From: Acanthaster planci
Taxonomy: Eukaryota
NCBI RefSeq assembly: GCF_001949145.1
Contig: NW_019091356.1
Span: forward strand, 4,136,934-4,200,933
Length of the DNA: 64,000 nt
Direction of reading: 5' to 3'
Shown piece after piece: positions 51,901 to 64,000 of the stretch. A program made the position numbers and the translations under genes. The notes under the pieces are model-generated. The model saw only the letters and a program-made list of their open reading frames with translations, was not told the DNA's origin and did no database searches. Positions within the stretch are counted from its first letter, which is position 1; each line of letters begins with the position of its first letter.

Positions 51901-52678
51901 AGACGTGAAGCGAGATGACTTGTCGCGCTTAAACCATGTCTGTGTCTGTCGTCGTATTGTGTGTTGAACGGGAAGGTGAGCTGATCATTCTGTCCTTTCT
52001 CGGCTAGAAAAAAATCTTTATGTCTCAGGAGCCGTGACTGTTAATTGAGAGAAGGCAAATTACATCTTTTGTTAAAAATCATGGGGGAGGGTGCTGTTGA
52101 TGGAATAAGACACGAACCACCAGTGAGGTTCGTGTCTACCTACCTCAGAGAATCCTTGTGTCACCAACGTATTGATTCTTTATCAAACTCGATCGTAAAA
52201 TATATATGTAGTCACATACTCCTTGAACTGCTCGGTAAGGACATCGTTGCTCTGGATGGAGAAGCTTTGGGTATTTAAACAAAATTGGCTGTCATTCAAG
52301 TTGATCAGTTCCTGAAAAATGGAAACAGCAGCAGCCTTAAGAGTAAGAATGGCTCAGAGAAAACACGTTGGTGAGGACAGAAGCAATTTTAGTAGAAATT
52401 GAGCGTCTTGGTCACCTTTAACATTGCAGGGAATGGCCTGCCTTTTTAGCGTCATAAACGTGAACTCAGTCAAAATATGAAGCTGTTCATTTTCTATAAG
52501 CAATGAAAAGCCCAATCCTGCATTCGACGACAATTATTAATTGGCTGATCTATGGAGAATGGAAAACAGGTGCCTGGTGAGTTATGCACTACTTTCTAGA
52601 ACCCGCTCAATTTACCGCCAGAGTTGGAACGCGCCTCGGTAAAAGATTATGCAGTCATGATTTCTAGTTGCGTGATTG

Positions 52679-53520
52679 TGGTTGGTTGGTTTATTTCAAT
52701 ACGTCACAATTAGAACATAAAGAAACAATGTTATTACAGAATGAATAGGAGATGATGAATGGCAGATGCCAGACAGAAAGCAAAGGCTTGTTCATGGCCT
52801 GCGTGGTTCCTTATTTGTCACAATAATATTCATATGCATCTGTAATTACAAGATGAAGGAGAGAGAGATAATTTAAGAAAGTAAAGATAACTGACGGTAC
52901 AGCTGAACGAGAGAATTAAGCAAAGATTTTGATTGTCATAACATCTCAGGAAGTGAACACAAATCTGAATATGACTGCTTCATTATTAATTAAAGATATA
53001 AAGATTGTTGTCAAATTTAATATTAGGATACCCAGATGATATTTGTATACGTTGAAAATTGATAGGGTGTTCAGCTTCTGGAATAGCGGTTCGGTATGGT
53101 CTCTAGGACCAGATTTTGTAATAACCTGCAGCGATTTTTTTTGTAACAGTAATCATTTATTCATAGAGGTTAACGGAGAGTCTCCCCAAACTAACAATCC
53201 GTACTGAGGACGGGCCAAAGCTAGGGTATTATAAATAGAAAGTAGTGCATTTGTTGGCAGTATGTACTTCAACTTGCGCAAAATCCCTAGTATACGTGAA
53301 ACTGACATGTGGATCTGCTGGTACTGCAGTTTCCAGTTAAGACCTTTATCAATAACACCAAGAAATTTGAAGGAACTTACTTGACTTATTTCTAAATTAT
53401 TAACGTATGCATCGACAGTACTATTCATATCGGTATCAGAGAACGGCATATAACACGTTTTTGTTTCATTGATAGAAAGCCGATTACTTTGGAACTAATA
53501 CGAAATGCGATGTAATTCTT
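52679..53520 (-). mobile_element. 5'-truncated, decayed LINE (CR1/L2/Crack-type ORF2 C-terminus and 3' tail)
   Basis: ISQVSSFKFLGV..LNWK..ILRKLKYILP..LLSIYNTL..YGLLVWG, in-frame stop, then LLLQKKSLQVIT..DHTEPLFQKLNTL; 3' end AAATAAA followed by (CCAA)n at 52679-52697. Confidence 0.85.
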
Positions 53521-55584
53521 TGTTTAAAGTATCGACTACTTTGTTTATGGTAGTGCGGTGTGGATGTGCCGCAATATCATACATTCTGGCAGGTGTTGTC
53601 TTGTTTGGGAATATTATAATGATTAACGGCTATCACTCTACCTGCAGAATTTCAAGTGGTCCTACAAAACCTTTACATGTAGCCTATTTCATTTCAGTAA
53701 AAATGCAAACTCCTTGTAGCTGTTTGAATAATAATGGTAATAATTATAATAATAATCCATGGAAAGTAAGTCTACGATTATGAAGTATTTGTATTGGTCT
53801 GATGGAATTCTCCTTCATTAATAGCGTATTTAGCTTTAGAATTCCAGACGTGTATTGTTTCGTAGCCTCGCCGTGTGCACGTAGTTTATCTCTAGAGCAT
53901 GCACGGGGACACGATTCCACTGTGCTTTGGTTTTATCTGGAGGCGGAGCCAATCGTAAGGAACTGTGGGTCGCAAATTTGTTGGAGTTTTGGGTTTTTTT
54001 CATACAAGGAGGCTCAAATGAGATTCTGAAGTGGAACGAAATGGCATCAGGTGTTAGTTGTGTTCCGCAATTTGCCTTTAAGGACAAAGGATATTAGTAT
54101 TTTCAGGAAATGCTGGAGTGTAGTCTGTAGATTTGGTGTCTTTTGAAAGTCACTTTGACCGTTGTTTGTGAATGTTTCAAACGGATGCCATGTGGGGGTT
54201 TGTTGTGATTACAGATTTTTTCATGAGGTACAGTGATCACTCTTGTCCACTTTAGAAAAAACCTTCGATCATTAAAAAAACCTTTTTCGGTGTGATCAGA
54301 GAAAACATATGGTCATGGTATTTATGAATACTATTTCTACTCTTTCTCATTATTACAATTTACAACCCCGCGAGATGATATAAATTTGACTTTTTTCATG
54401 CAACAGATGCATAAGAATAAATTTTTCTGGCAGAAAGTGATGCATGTCCATTGTTTGATCTCTTTACACCTTTGCAACAAATCCCTCAGTTTTGTTATCT
54501 CGTGGAGAGATTGCTACTTTTACAGAAACCTTTTACTGCTTGGTTTGAATTTCCCAGCGTGTAGCACAGCCGAATGTCGCTCGTTGGGTGCATATTCGAT
54601 GTCGCCGAGATACGTGGCGGGCACGGTCTTACGTCAGACGGGCCAAATACGCTTTTCACCGGCTTCTCAGCTCGCACCCTGCGCGGTGAATCTCGGACAT
54701 CCCCGCGTCTCATCCAGCGCTTATCTTTAATTAGTTGGTCTCGTTTACGTACAATGAATGCACCCGTGTACATGTATTATATCAAGACACGGTAACTTCA
54801 TTGCAGCATATGGTATTGTCCTATGTCCAGTTCTTTCAATAATATGTTAAATACCTTGTTTGGCTAGACAGGTTGTGAATTGGCTCATTACTCGTGGATA
54901 AAGGTACAAGCATTGGGTATATATAATTTCACAACGGCACGTACCATAATCATCATTCGTGCAGTTTAGTACTGTTGCGGCCGTAGATATAACATCAGTG
55001 GCAAATGTTTCTTTCCACTTTGGCATGTTAACCCCATATCAGTAATATTGACCACACATCGGCAAGAGGCCTCGTGGAACATGTCGTAGGTGGAACACGC
55101 TGAGCGATGCTATGCCCTTAAAGGTGTATCAAAGCTGTGCGTAGCGAACAATTACCGTGACATGTCATAGTATAATCTGAATCTCTAAGCTCTTGGCGTC
55201 CAAAGAGTGATTTTCGTAGCACTGGGATCTTTAAATTGGGTAAACTTTTCGATAATACTTTGATTATTAAATTTAAGATATGATAAACTATCTCTTTAGC
55301 TGTACTTGAAATCGAAAACAAAGCAAAACATGAACTTGTGTACGGTAATGACAATGAGCTTGTCTTTTTCCAGTTTTACCCGACAGGACGGAGATAATGC
55401 TACACCCTGACTTCACGTCAGCCATGTAGCACACAAGCGTAAATGCGGGTTTACGGGATATCACTGATGCAAACCCTAATATAATCCACCTTTGTTTACA
55501 TAAAATCTCAAACTCATTAGCTTCCCCTATGTTGGGTATATACATGAGTACTATCCCTTAATGGTGCTCTTGGCCCTCAATTTA

Positions 55585-55848
55585 CACTACCACACCAGTG
55601 TTAAGACTACACTTCGAAAAATGTGATTTTAAAATCAACACCTTTTAATGTTATCAAGTGACCACACCGTAAGATGTTACTTTAACACCGCTGGTGTTAC
55701 TTTGCACAACTATAAATGTTACAATGCACTGGAGCGTGTTAAAAGTAACTCTAAATAACACCAAAACTTCAACACTAGTGAAAAGTGTTTGTGTCGTCCT
55801 CTGATAACACCAGGGGTGTTAAATTTAACACCCCAATTTTTGCAGTGT
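55585..55848. repeat. Degenerate AACACC/GGTGTT-rich interspersed repeat, MITE-like
   Basis: Multiple AACACC and GGTGTT motifs in both orientations ending in TTTTTGCAGTGT; left terminus unclear. Confidence 0.4.
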
Positions 55849-58800
55849 GCGAAACCCCATTATCAACTACAGATGTGGAAATTCAGAAGTAGAGTTGTTC
55901 CTTACTGCTGTTGTATTAGTAGTCAATGACTTTTGGTACGGTCAGTAACATGCATCCATAGTGACCTTGTTCTTACTAATTACAATACTTTTCGTGGTAG
56001 AATTGATCTTGCGTGGAGAAAATGGTACATTAGGCCTATTTGCTGATTTAAGTATCATCGCCTTGCTTCTCGAGCATGTCCTGGAAATTAGGAGTGGACA
56101 TCTGTCCCGTTTTCGTTGCGAGGAAGAGCAGTTTAGAATTGAATTAGCTTCAGTGTTTTGTGCAGAATGCAAATATGAAAGGCTACGTTTATTATAAATG
56201 ATGGCCGCTGGTTACCAAGCAATTGACTTGGGATCAAGACTTGTTTATATCACACCGATGGTGGATAGAAAGAGAAGAGTCCTTGATCGAGACGAAATTA
56301 TAAAGTTCTTAGATGTGTTCCTTGTTTTATCAATGTTGAGTCAGTGTACGTAGACATTCAGCGAGGCTGAGAGCATCTTCCCTACCGGCCGTATAAACAT
56401 GTATCGCGATGTGTCGTTTGTCTCAGGTTGCTGTGCCTTTTCTAGTGTTCGGTTAAAGAACTCTAGCTATTTATCTTTTTATCGCCCACAAGCACTCTTA
56501 CCCTTTCTGAAGTCGCGCGTGCAAAAGCCCATTAACCTGAAAGTTTCGATACTTGGAGTGCTTCACGCGTGACCCCAGAGTCCTTCACAACATCAAAGTC
56601 AAGAACTTTGTCAGCAAGGCGTCGAAAGTTCGCACGACCGCAAAAAGTCTGTTGCCGCTGCTCTGTGTGCAAAATGCCCTCAAATCAACACTTAATAGGT
56701 CCAGGTAACTGAAAATCCGGCGTCAGTCTCACGTAGGCCAGCCTAAACCAGCACTATCTCTCCATCGGATGGCTCTAATGGTAAACAATCTTCGGCTGCA
56801 TCTCCCATTTTCTTGAGTCAACAGGGAAGTGTGTGAATTGTGTTATGCGAGAGTTTGGAGTGATTTGCTCCGCGCGGAAGGCAACGCTGCCTTATCGAGC
56901 TGCCGTGTTGACCGGGAACTGTGCCCGCGATGGAACCTCTCGACATGACGGAGGTCGTTACACGAAACGCAATCCTCGCTGATTTGCTCAATTTGCGCCG
57001 GGTTTGAGCGGGACCTTTCCTCTCTCGTGTCCCCAATCAAATGCCGCTTAACACTGAAGCCAAAATTGTGGACTTGACGAACTGGGGGATTTGCAAGCTT
57101 GACCCATCTTTTCGGAATGCAGACTCAATAGCTTTAGCTGCCGAATCACAGCACGTCTGGTTGAGTGCAAACCACTCTCATAATTGTACAAATCCAGGAC
57201 ACTGCTTCCTGTCCACTTTATCTTGGCAAGTCAAGGACCGTTATTTAAATAGTAATTAAGCTTGTGCTTTATTCTTGAAGTATTGATGTCCACACCATTG
57301 TTTTGTGTCTAACATCTTTGGCACAAAATGCAGCTTACCATATCTGTATATATATAATTATTCTAGGCGAAGTTTATGATGGTAAGTGTTCTCAGGAAAT
57401 CTCTAACCCCTTCCTATTATCGTTTCAGCATTAACTGACCGATATACAGTATGTGATCTTTGACTCCTGCATATCATTAAGAGCACCCTCTTTAACTCAT
57501 GAAGCGTTTTAGGTTCCAGTCATGGGTTATCAAGAAGTGCTATCCTAATAATATGTTGACAGAGGCTGCTGTTGATGTCATGTCACGGCCAGCCTTGCCT
57601 CGGTCAGCCGTGAAAGTCTCATTTGTACAATGCAACACTGACTCCGAGGTGTGACATTTCTCCACTCACCACCGATTTCACACCATATTTCACTCAGAAA
57701 ATATTACATTACTTGCATCGGTAATAGGATGCATGTTAGTTGCGCATGTCTTTCATAAGGTAATATTCAGCCTTAAAGAACATATAAGCAGAAAGACCAA
57801 ATGCTTGAACGAGCAAATATCGAGCGCATTAGAACTGACCGACCCGTGATATATGAGCCCCACATACACTTGACTTCAGTGGTCTTAGATCTGGATAAGA
57901 AATCAAGAAATATTGAAACCATAATATCTTTAGGCCTGATGAGAACTGGAGCCACATTAATCATGGCTGATAATCGAGCTTCGTGGTACAAAATAATTAA
58001 TCATCACTTGGAAGTTCCAGTGTTCTCACTGACTTGTCGTGTTATGCATTGAGGTGAAGGATTGTTCGTGGCAACACTTAACTTGACATTCTCAAGGACG
58101 CGTGTTTTTCATATTTATATCTTTTCCAACTTAAAGGAGTAGATCTGCAAAGAAGAAGTTACTCTATTAACGGAAATAGTTAAGCCAAAATGTTTCGAAG
58201 TCTGTGTTTTTATTCGTATTCTTAAGCTTAATCAGTTTTCGTTGATACGCTGTGTGATCTTAAACCCGTCAATTAGAATGCATTGGCGTCGATGCTTCGC
58301 CATTGTTCCTGTTGTTTCCTTCAACTGCTTGATTATAAAGCATCCTCTAATAACGTATATCGACTAATTCGATCTGGAAGTGTTGATGAGTGCGGCTTAC
58401 AAGCTCAGATTACTCCCCCGTCGAATTTCGTCAGTCGGTGACAGACTCTCGAGTTCGAGGTCCCAGAACTGTAGCCACAGCACGCAGGGGTCCTTCGAAG
58501 TCTATTTTTGAGAGCTTTGATTGATTGGGAGATGATGTTCAGATTAAACAAGCCCGGCCACGGTTAATTTTTGGCTCACATCGAATGGGATACGCGTTTC
58601 GTATCTGGCTAAATAACTCTGATAATACCAACCTCCTACGGATACATTTTTAAGACGAAGGTAGAGAGGGAGAACATTAGAGGTGAACACATGTGAAATG
58701 TAAAATAAAACGAGCACATTTCATTAGCATTTCAATCCATGCACCACTTGACTGCATTTACCAAGCTACTTCAGCCAACACCATCGACTAAATTGCGGCG

Positions 58801-61800
58801 CTAGCCCTGCCACATGCTAGAATTGGCCCCTTTTGAAAGCACTCCAACTGTCCCACGTTTATTTCCCTTCTTTGCTTGGCTCCTTCCCGGTACTTGTTGA
58901 GGTAGTACCTCACACTGTCCTCTTGCCTGGATAAACCACCCTCTAAGAAGCCTTTCCAGTGGCCTCTCGAGTGCCCCTTGAGTGCCAGAACAGGACCTCC
59001 GGATGTTATGCGTGAATTTTTTGACGAGAGCTGACTAATTACTGAGGCTCACGGCGGTTCCCCCCCCCCCCGTTATAGGTGGAGATTCTGTCACCTTCAA
59101 GACTAGGGTCATGGATTCGACCGCAACGTTCATAAGCGCGCAGGATTGTGAAGAGCACTGTAATGAGCCCGGTGATGTCCGGATTTCTTTTAAAGGAGTT
59201 GTTAATTGATCGTATTCGAACCCTACCCTGTTGATTTCCAAGTTGTTTCTTGTTTTTGTGAATTTTAGTAATTACAGTGATATCAGACGCGAGAAAATGG
59301 TCGATAGCGTTTGAGATGCGAGGAATTCATGAGGAGTACTGTTTTGGTGCACTGAAAAAACGTCTATTGCAAATAGCAAACACCTCGTTAGCCTGCGCGT
59401 ACTGTAATGAACCACTCGTCCAGTACAGATTCCACGTTTCACTGCTGTTTTTGAAGTGTGATTTCGGTGGCTGTGACAATGACTTCAGTGACACCAAACA
59501 TCAAAATGGTTATGGTGTACGACGATAACCTGCTGGAAGAGCAAAGGTATGAAAAAAGCATTAGGGAAAGTAAGAATGATTTCAGTGTTCCAAGGAGGAT
59601 TTCTGATCTTCACGACGACTGAACTTGCAGCAGCGGTGACTTCATTAATGACGATTAAGGATGTTTACATGCGTTTTTGTCACTCTTAATTACTGATGCA
59701 ATTTCCGCTAGGAAACTTTTTGGAGAACGATATTTATTCGTGCAAACTTCAAACAACACAATAAGATCATTTAACCAATTTGTATTTCTTGCTCAGGTGC
59801 TTGGTAACTCCGTGTACATGTACTCTTAAGGAGAGAGGGAGGAAAACGTTCAATTTTTTGCTTAATTAAAAAGAATCACTCAAGGGGAGAGGACGAGAGC
59901 GAGAAGGCGCTCGCAGTCATCCCGGGGTGGGACCTCTTCGGCAACCTGTCTATTGCCTGAAGTGTTCCAATGCTCCCCCCGGAGCCATCATTGTTAGCTT
60001 TGGTCGTCGTCATAAATGCTAATGCGAGAGAGCCTTTATTAGCGGGATCAGCTGAGCGTTGTCAAAGTCTAATGCATCTTTCTAAACTATCTTTGACCAT
60101 TTCCTGTTGATTAATTAGTGTCTTTCTAGCATTCTGATCCTTCATTAGTGCTCTGAGAGATTGTGCCACTCAATTTCGCTTCACAGAGTATGAGCCATTC
60201 TTGTACTTTGTATGGTGTACTTTATATCGCCTCTGTAGTCTGCCCTGCGTCACATTAACTTCAAAAATCGCCATATTAATGGCCGTAAGAAGTCACTTTA
60301 TTTTGCATGACAGTACATTTTTCAAAACAACATTGCTCCTTTGATAAAGTTGAAAAAATTATTATCTCATTGTGATAAAATAGTAGATTTATTGTATAAA
60401 ACTATACTAAACTATACTAAAACGCTAACCCAAGAGCTTTGTAGCATAATTTGTTTTATACGTTTACTTTCCAGATCAAGAAAAGTGTTTTAGATGAAGA
60501 ACGACGAAACCTTTTCGAGACGTGAATTTCTGAGATTTATGGGTTTACATCTTCGTCATCGAGAGGAGTGTTTTGGAGGGAAAGTGCATGCTGACGGGCA
60601 CTGGACACAGTTTATCACCACACCGCAGGGAGAACAACTCGACTGATTCATCGTAAGTTATCCATCTTCCTACTTTGCACATTATTCCTGAGCAGGGGGC
60701 TGCAGGTAGACCATTGATATGATCGTGAACCAGTGCTGTTACTGTAAAATCCCCGAAGGGCAAGACAGGTTTATACTCGCAAGCTCCCCACGAAACATGG
60801 ATACATCATCGGGCGCAGATACGCGGGGAAATGCTGGCATTGCAACGACGGCACGGAAGATTGATATCTTTCTGTTACAAACTGACGTAAATACTGTTGT
60901 GTCGTCCCGCGGCCTCTGCTGCTTTCGAGATCCTTTCAAACCAAATTGTTATCCATTATGTGCAGCGGATGTTTAAGGCGCCCTCCCGGGGAAAGGATGT
61001 TTAATGCGCACCAAGAGTGGACGTTTCACTACTTTCTGTGCGTATTGCAGGCTTCCTCGAGGATGGGCTCAGCCCGTTTGTCGCTGAAACATTGGGAAGG
61101 AGGCAAGAAGGAAAGGTTGCTTAGTAGCAACAGCGGCATTGTGGCGCTTGTAAGCATCCGTAGCATCATGGCGCTCCATGCAGACAGCCTCATTTCTTTC
61201 AACAGTTTCAATGTCATGCCGTGCACCCTGAAAATGAGCGAATGGCACTTAAACCTACATTGTGAACACTTGCTATGCACTCTACCAGTGTACTTTCACC
61301 TTTGCGTGTCAGTACATGGCAGCGCTGTCCCGTGGCGTAGCGAGTCAAAAATAATGCCATTTGCGAATTAGAAACTGTGATGTTTGGAGAAAACGCAGTT
61401 CAAGTCCAACGCAAATTGAAGACCTTGACTTTCAAAGTTATGAGCTACCATACTGAAATTCCATCCCCACCAAGGAGGGATCCGTTTGAAAATTGACACT
61501 AATGTAGGATGTTATCGTTCAAATCGATCCGGATGAGACAGTTAGGGAATTGGACGGAATATGAACTGCCGATCCTGCTTTAATTCGACAGTTGGTTCTT
61601 CCCTGTGGGGGATCATGTTTTATTTGTCTATAAGGTCTCCTATCCCATTGATGACACGACACCCCCATAATTCAGATAGTGAGCAATTAGGCTGTCAACT
61701 TGAAGGAATGGAGCCACTTCTGTATTAATCTATTAAGAAGAACCTGATTCACAAGTATAGATCCAATGGGCCATGGGGTCCAGTTGAATCGTGGGACTGA

Positions 61801-64000
61801 AGACGTAGCGAGAGAGGCAGAGAGAGAGAGAGAAAGCACTGTGACATTAATGAATGATGTTTGCAACGGGTTCGTGATTTCGGGGTTGTTTTGGTTGTGA
61901 ACGAAGACGTTGAGGTTATAACCTCAGCCTTACTCCAAGTGTTTCTGTATGGCACATTAACCCAAATTGTCTACACTCTACGGTTTGCCAAAGGGACCTC
62001 ACAGAAAATATCGAGAGGCACATATTGGGAAGTGGCTTTGTTTAAAAAAACTGATCAAGGTGTTATCCCAAACTGCCTTAGCCTTGTACTTGAGCGAATT
62101 TGATTACTGACGTAACTGCTCTGACTGTTAATAACAATTCCAGGTACCTCTGTATACAAATTTAGCTAGAAAAGATTTATCTTTCTGGAAAGTGCATCTA
62201 CGTTTATCCACCATTTATAACCTGTAGAAAGAAGACCACCCTTTGCCTTTAGCTCGTTACGCCTTATCATGTTAAGGGAGCCATAAATAGCATTCAGTTC
62301 TACCCCTTGTCGCTTATCAACGTTTTTTGCCCATCGTCCCACCAACAAGCATCCGAGGTTCCCTTTTATAAAGTCAGTTTACCCAGACCTGTGCTCGTAG
62401 GAGAGCTGACGTTCCGTTGTAATGAAATGTTGACGGTAGATTATCTGCGAGATCATCAGATTTGGCAAGAGATGGCGTGGATGCTGTTTCATTAAAAGCG
62501 CGCAACGCGCGCAACGTAGAGAGGACTGATTCTTTGGAGCTTTTTGGGTCGGCAGCTTGCCGCATCATTAATATTACAGGCACAAGTGATTTAGCGATAG
62601 CATCTTGACATTTGGCCTAATTTGTGGACGAAATAATTTACAGGTAAAAAATGCATTTTATCTTGTCTTTACGATTTTACAGTTAATTTGTGCCACTATT
62701 AACTAAGGCAATCCTGCTAATATACATGTTCATGCCCGAAATATCTTGTTATAAATATGTCTCAGGGCATATTTTGATCCGTTACACCAACTACAAGTGA
62801 ATATTCAGGACCTTTCAGGTATTACTGAACGACATTCATCAGCGCGCACAAACCGGCTATATGGCAAAAACATTTTCCAAGATTACAGATGAATGCTGAC
62901 ACGCACCACATATCCTGTGCGTGACGGACACGCCCAACTAATGGTGCAATCCGTCTAATCCAAGACGTTTAATTAGACGAAGACAGGAGACAATAAACAT
63001 CCTTGAACCATGAAGGTTGGAACAAGATGTGATTTATCTTTGGAAATAACATTTACTTGTTAGCTGTTCTGCCCTAATCGGCTGAGTATTGCATCATTGA
63101 TTATGAAATCTGGAACACGCGTGGGCGACGTAATTCAACCAAACAATGAAAAAATAAAGGACTACGTGTAGGGAATTTTAAAGATCACATAACACCTATT
63201 GAAGAAGCTAATTAGAAAAATTGCCAAAGTGAAAGTCTCAATCTATCGAAATGATAAATCAAAATCTGAACTGCAATATTGTAATCAAGAGCGTACGACT
63301 CTGACATTAATTTCAGACATTATAAAATCGCAGTCACGAAGGCTATTCGGAACAGTGCTTAGTAATATATCAAATGATTACTAGATATTGAAACATTCAA
63401 AACGCTTTTAAGAATTTTTTTTTTTAAGTTGTCACGACATTACCGTGCAGACTTTCAGAAACGCAAATGATTGGTGTACAGCGTCTGTTACCTGTGCCAT
63501 GTGTTTTAGCTATCTGGCTGCCCGTCAAGAAAGATCAGCACAAAGAACACATCACTTCAAAATGTACAATTAATTTCCAATGACATTTTAAAATTTGTTT
63601 CGCTTGAGATGCACTGTCGAGTGCGGATGGTGATATGGACAGGTTTGAAATGGTGCATCCTTTGGGGGCATTCGTGCATATCTGTCACACATTTGACAAA
63701 TTTAGCAGGCATGTACATTGACACTCACGGTAATGTATTAAAATAGGTTATAGACAAAACATGTTCAAAAGGTAAGCCATCATTGTCATATAACATTCGC
63801 AGGTCCAAAATAATTTGTCACACTATTGAGCTGAAATTATTCAGGACATTGAATAACACAGGACAAACGTAGAACAAAGGTGAAGAAGGACTAACCATGT
63901 TGTTGTACATTAATGTTGGATTACAGGGTAATGACTAGTACCAGGAAATTCAATATGCTAGACATAAAAACAGATTACATGAAAGCGGGTTATTATACAA

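Noticed and set aside
60545..61371. Cluster of short ORFs in a GC-richer patch
   Set aside because: All frames are interrupted and none resembles a protein family I recognise; could be a decayed element.

Overview
Eukaryotic (intron-containing, AT-rich) animal genomic DNA, probably a marine invertebrate deuterostome such as an echinoderm (inference from gene structure and repeat types, not proven). The left 46 kb is gene dense: ARF GTPase (-, 3' end outside window), ferroportin SLC40A1 (-, 8 coding exons, 733 aa), ARPC2 (-, 9 exons, 300 aa, one GC-AG intron), SH3BP5-like (+, 7 exons, 616 aa), a PACT/TRBP (PRKRA/TARBP2/loquacious)-type three-dsRBD gene (-), TACO1 (+, 5 exons) and an unrecognised two-exon ~860 aa gene (-). 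The right 18 kb has no recognisable gene, only a truncated LINE and repeats. Main finding: 1 kb downstream of the PACT/TRBP dsRBD3 exon lies an intronless 1.55 kb exon encoding a fourth dsRBD plus an ADAR-type adenosine deaminase domain with intact catalytic motifs. It has a phase-1 acceptor that is in frame with phase-1 donors of the PACT/TRBP gene, so one locus could make both a plain Dicer/PKR cofactor and a PACT/TRBP-ADAR fusion. All exon models were built by hand from splice signals and reading frame; no transcript data or database searches were available.
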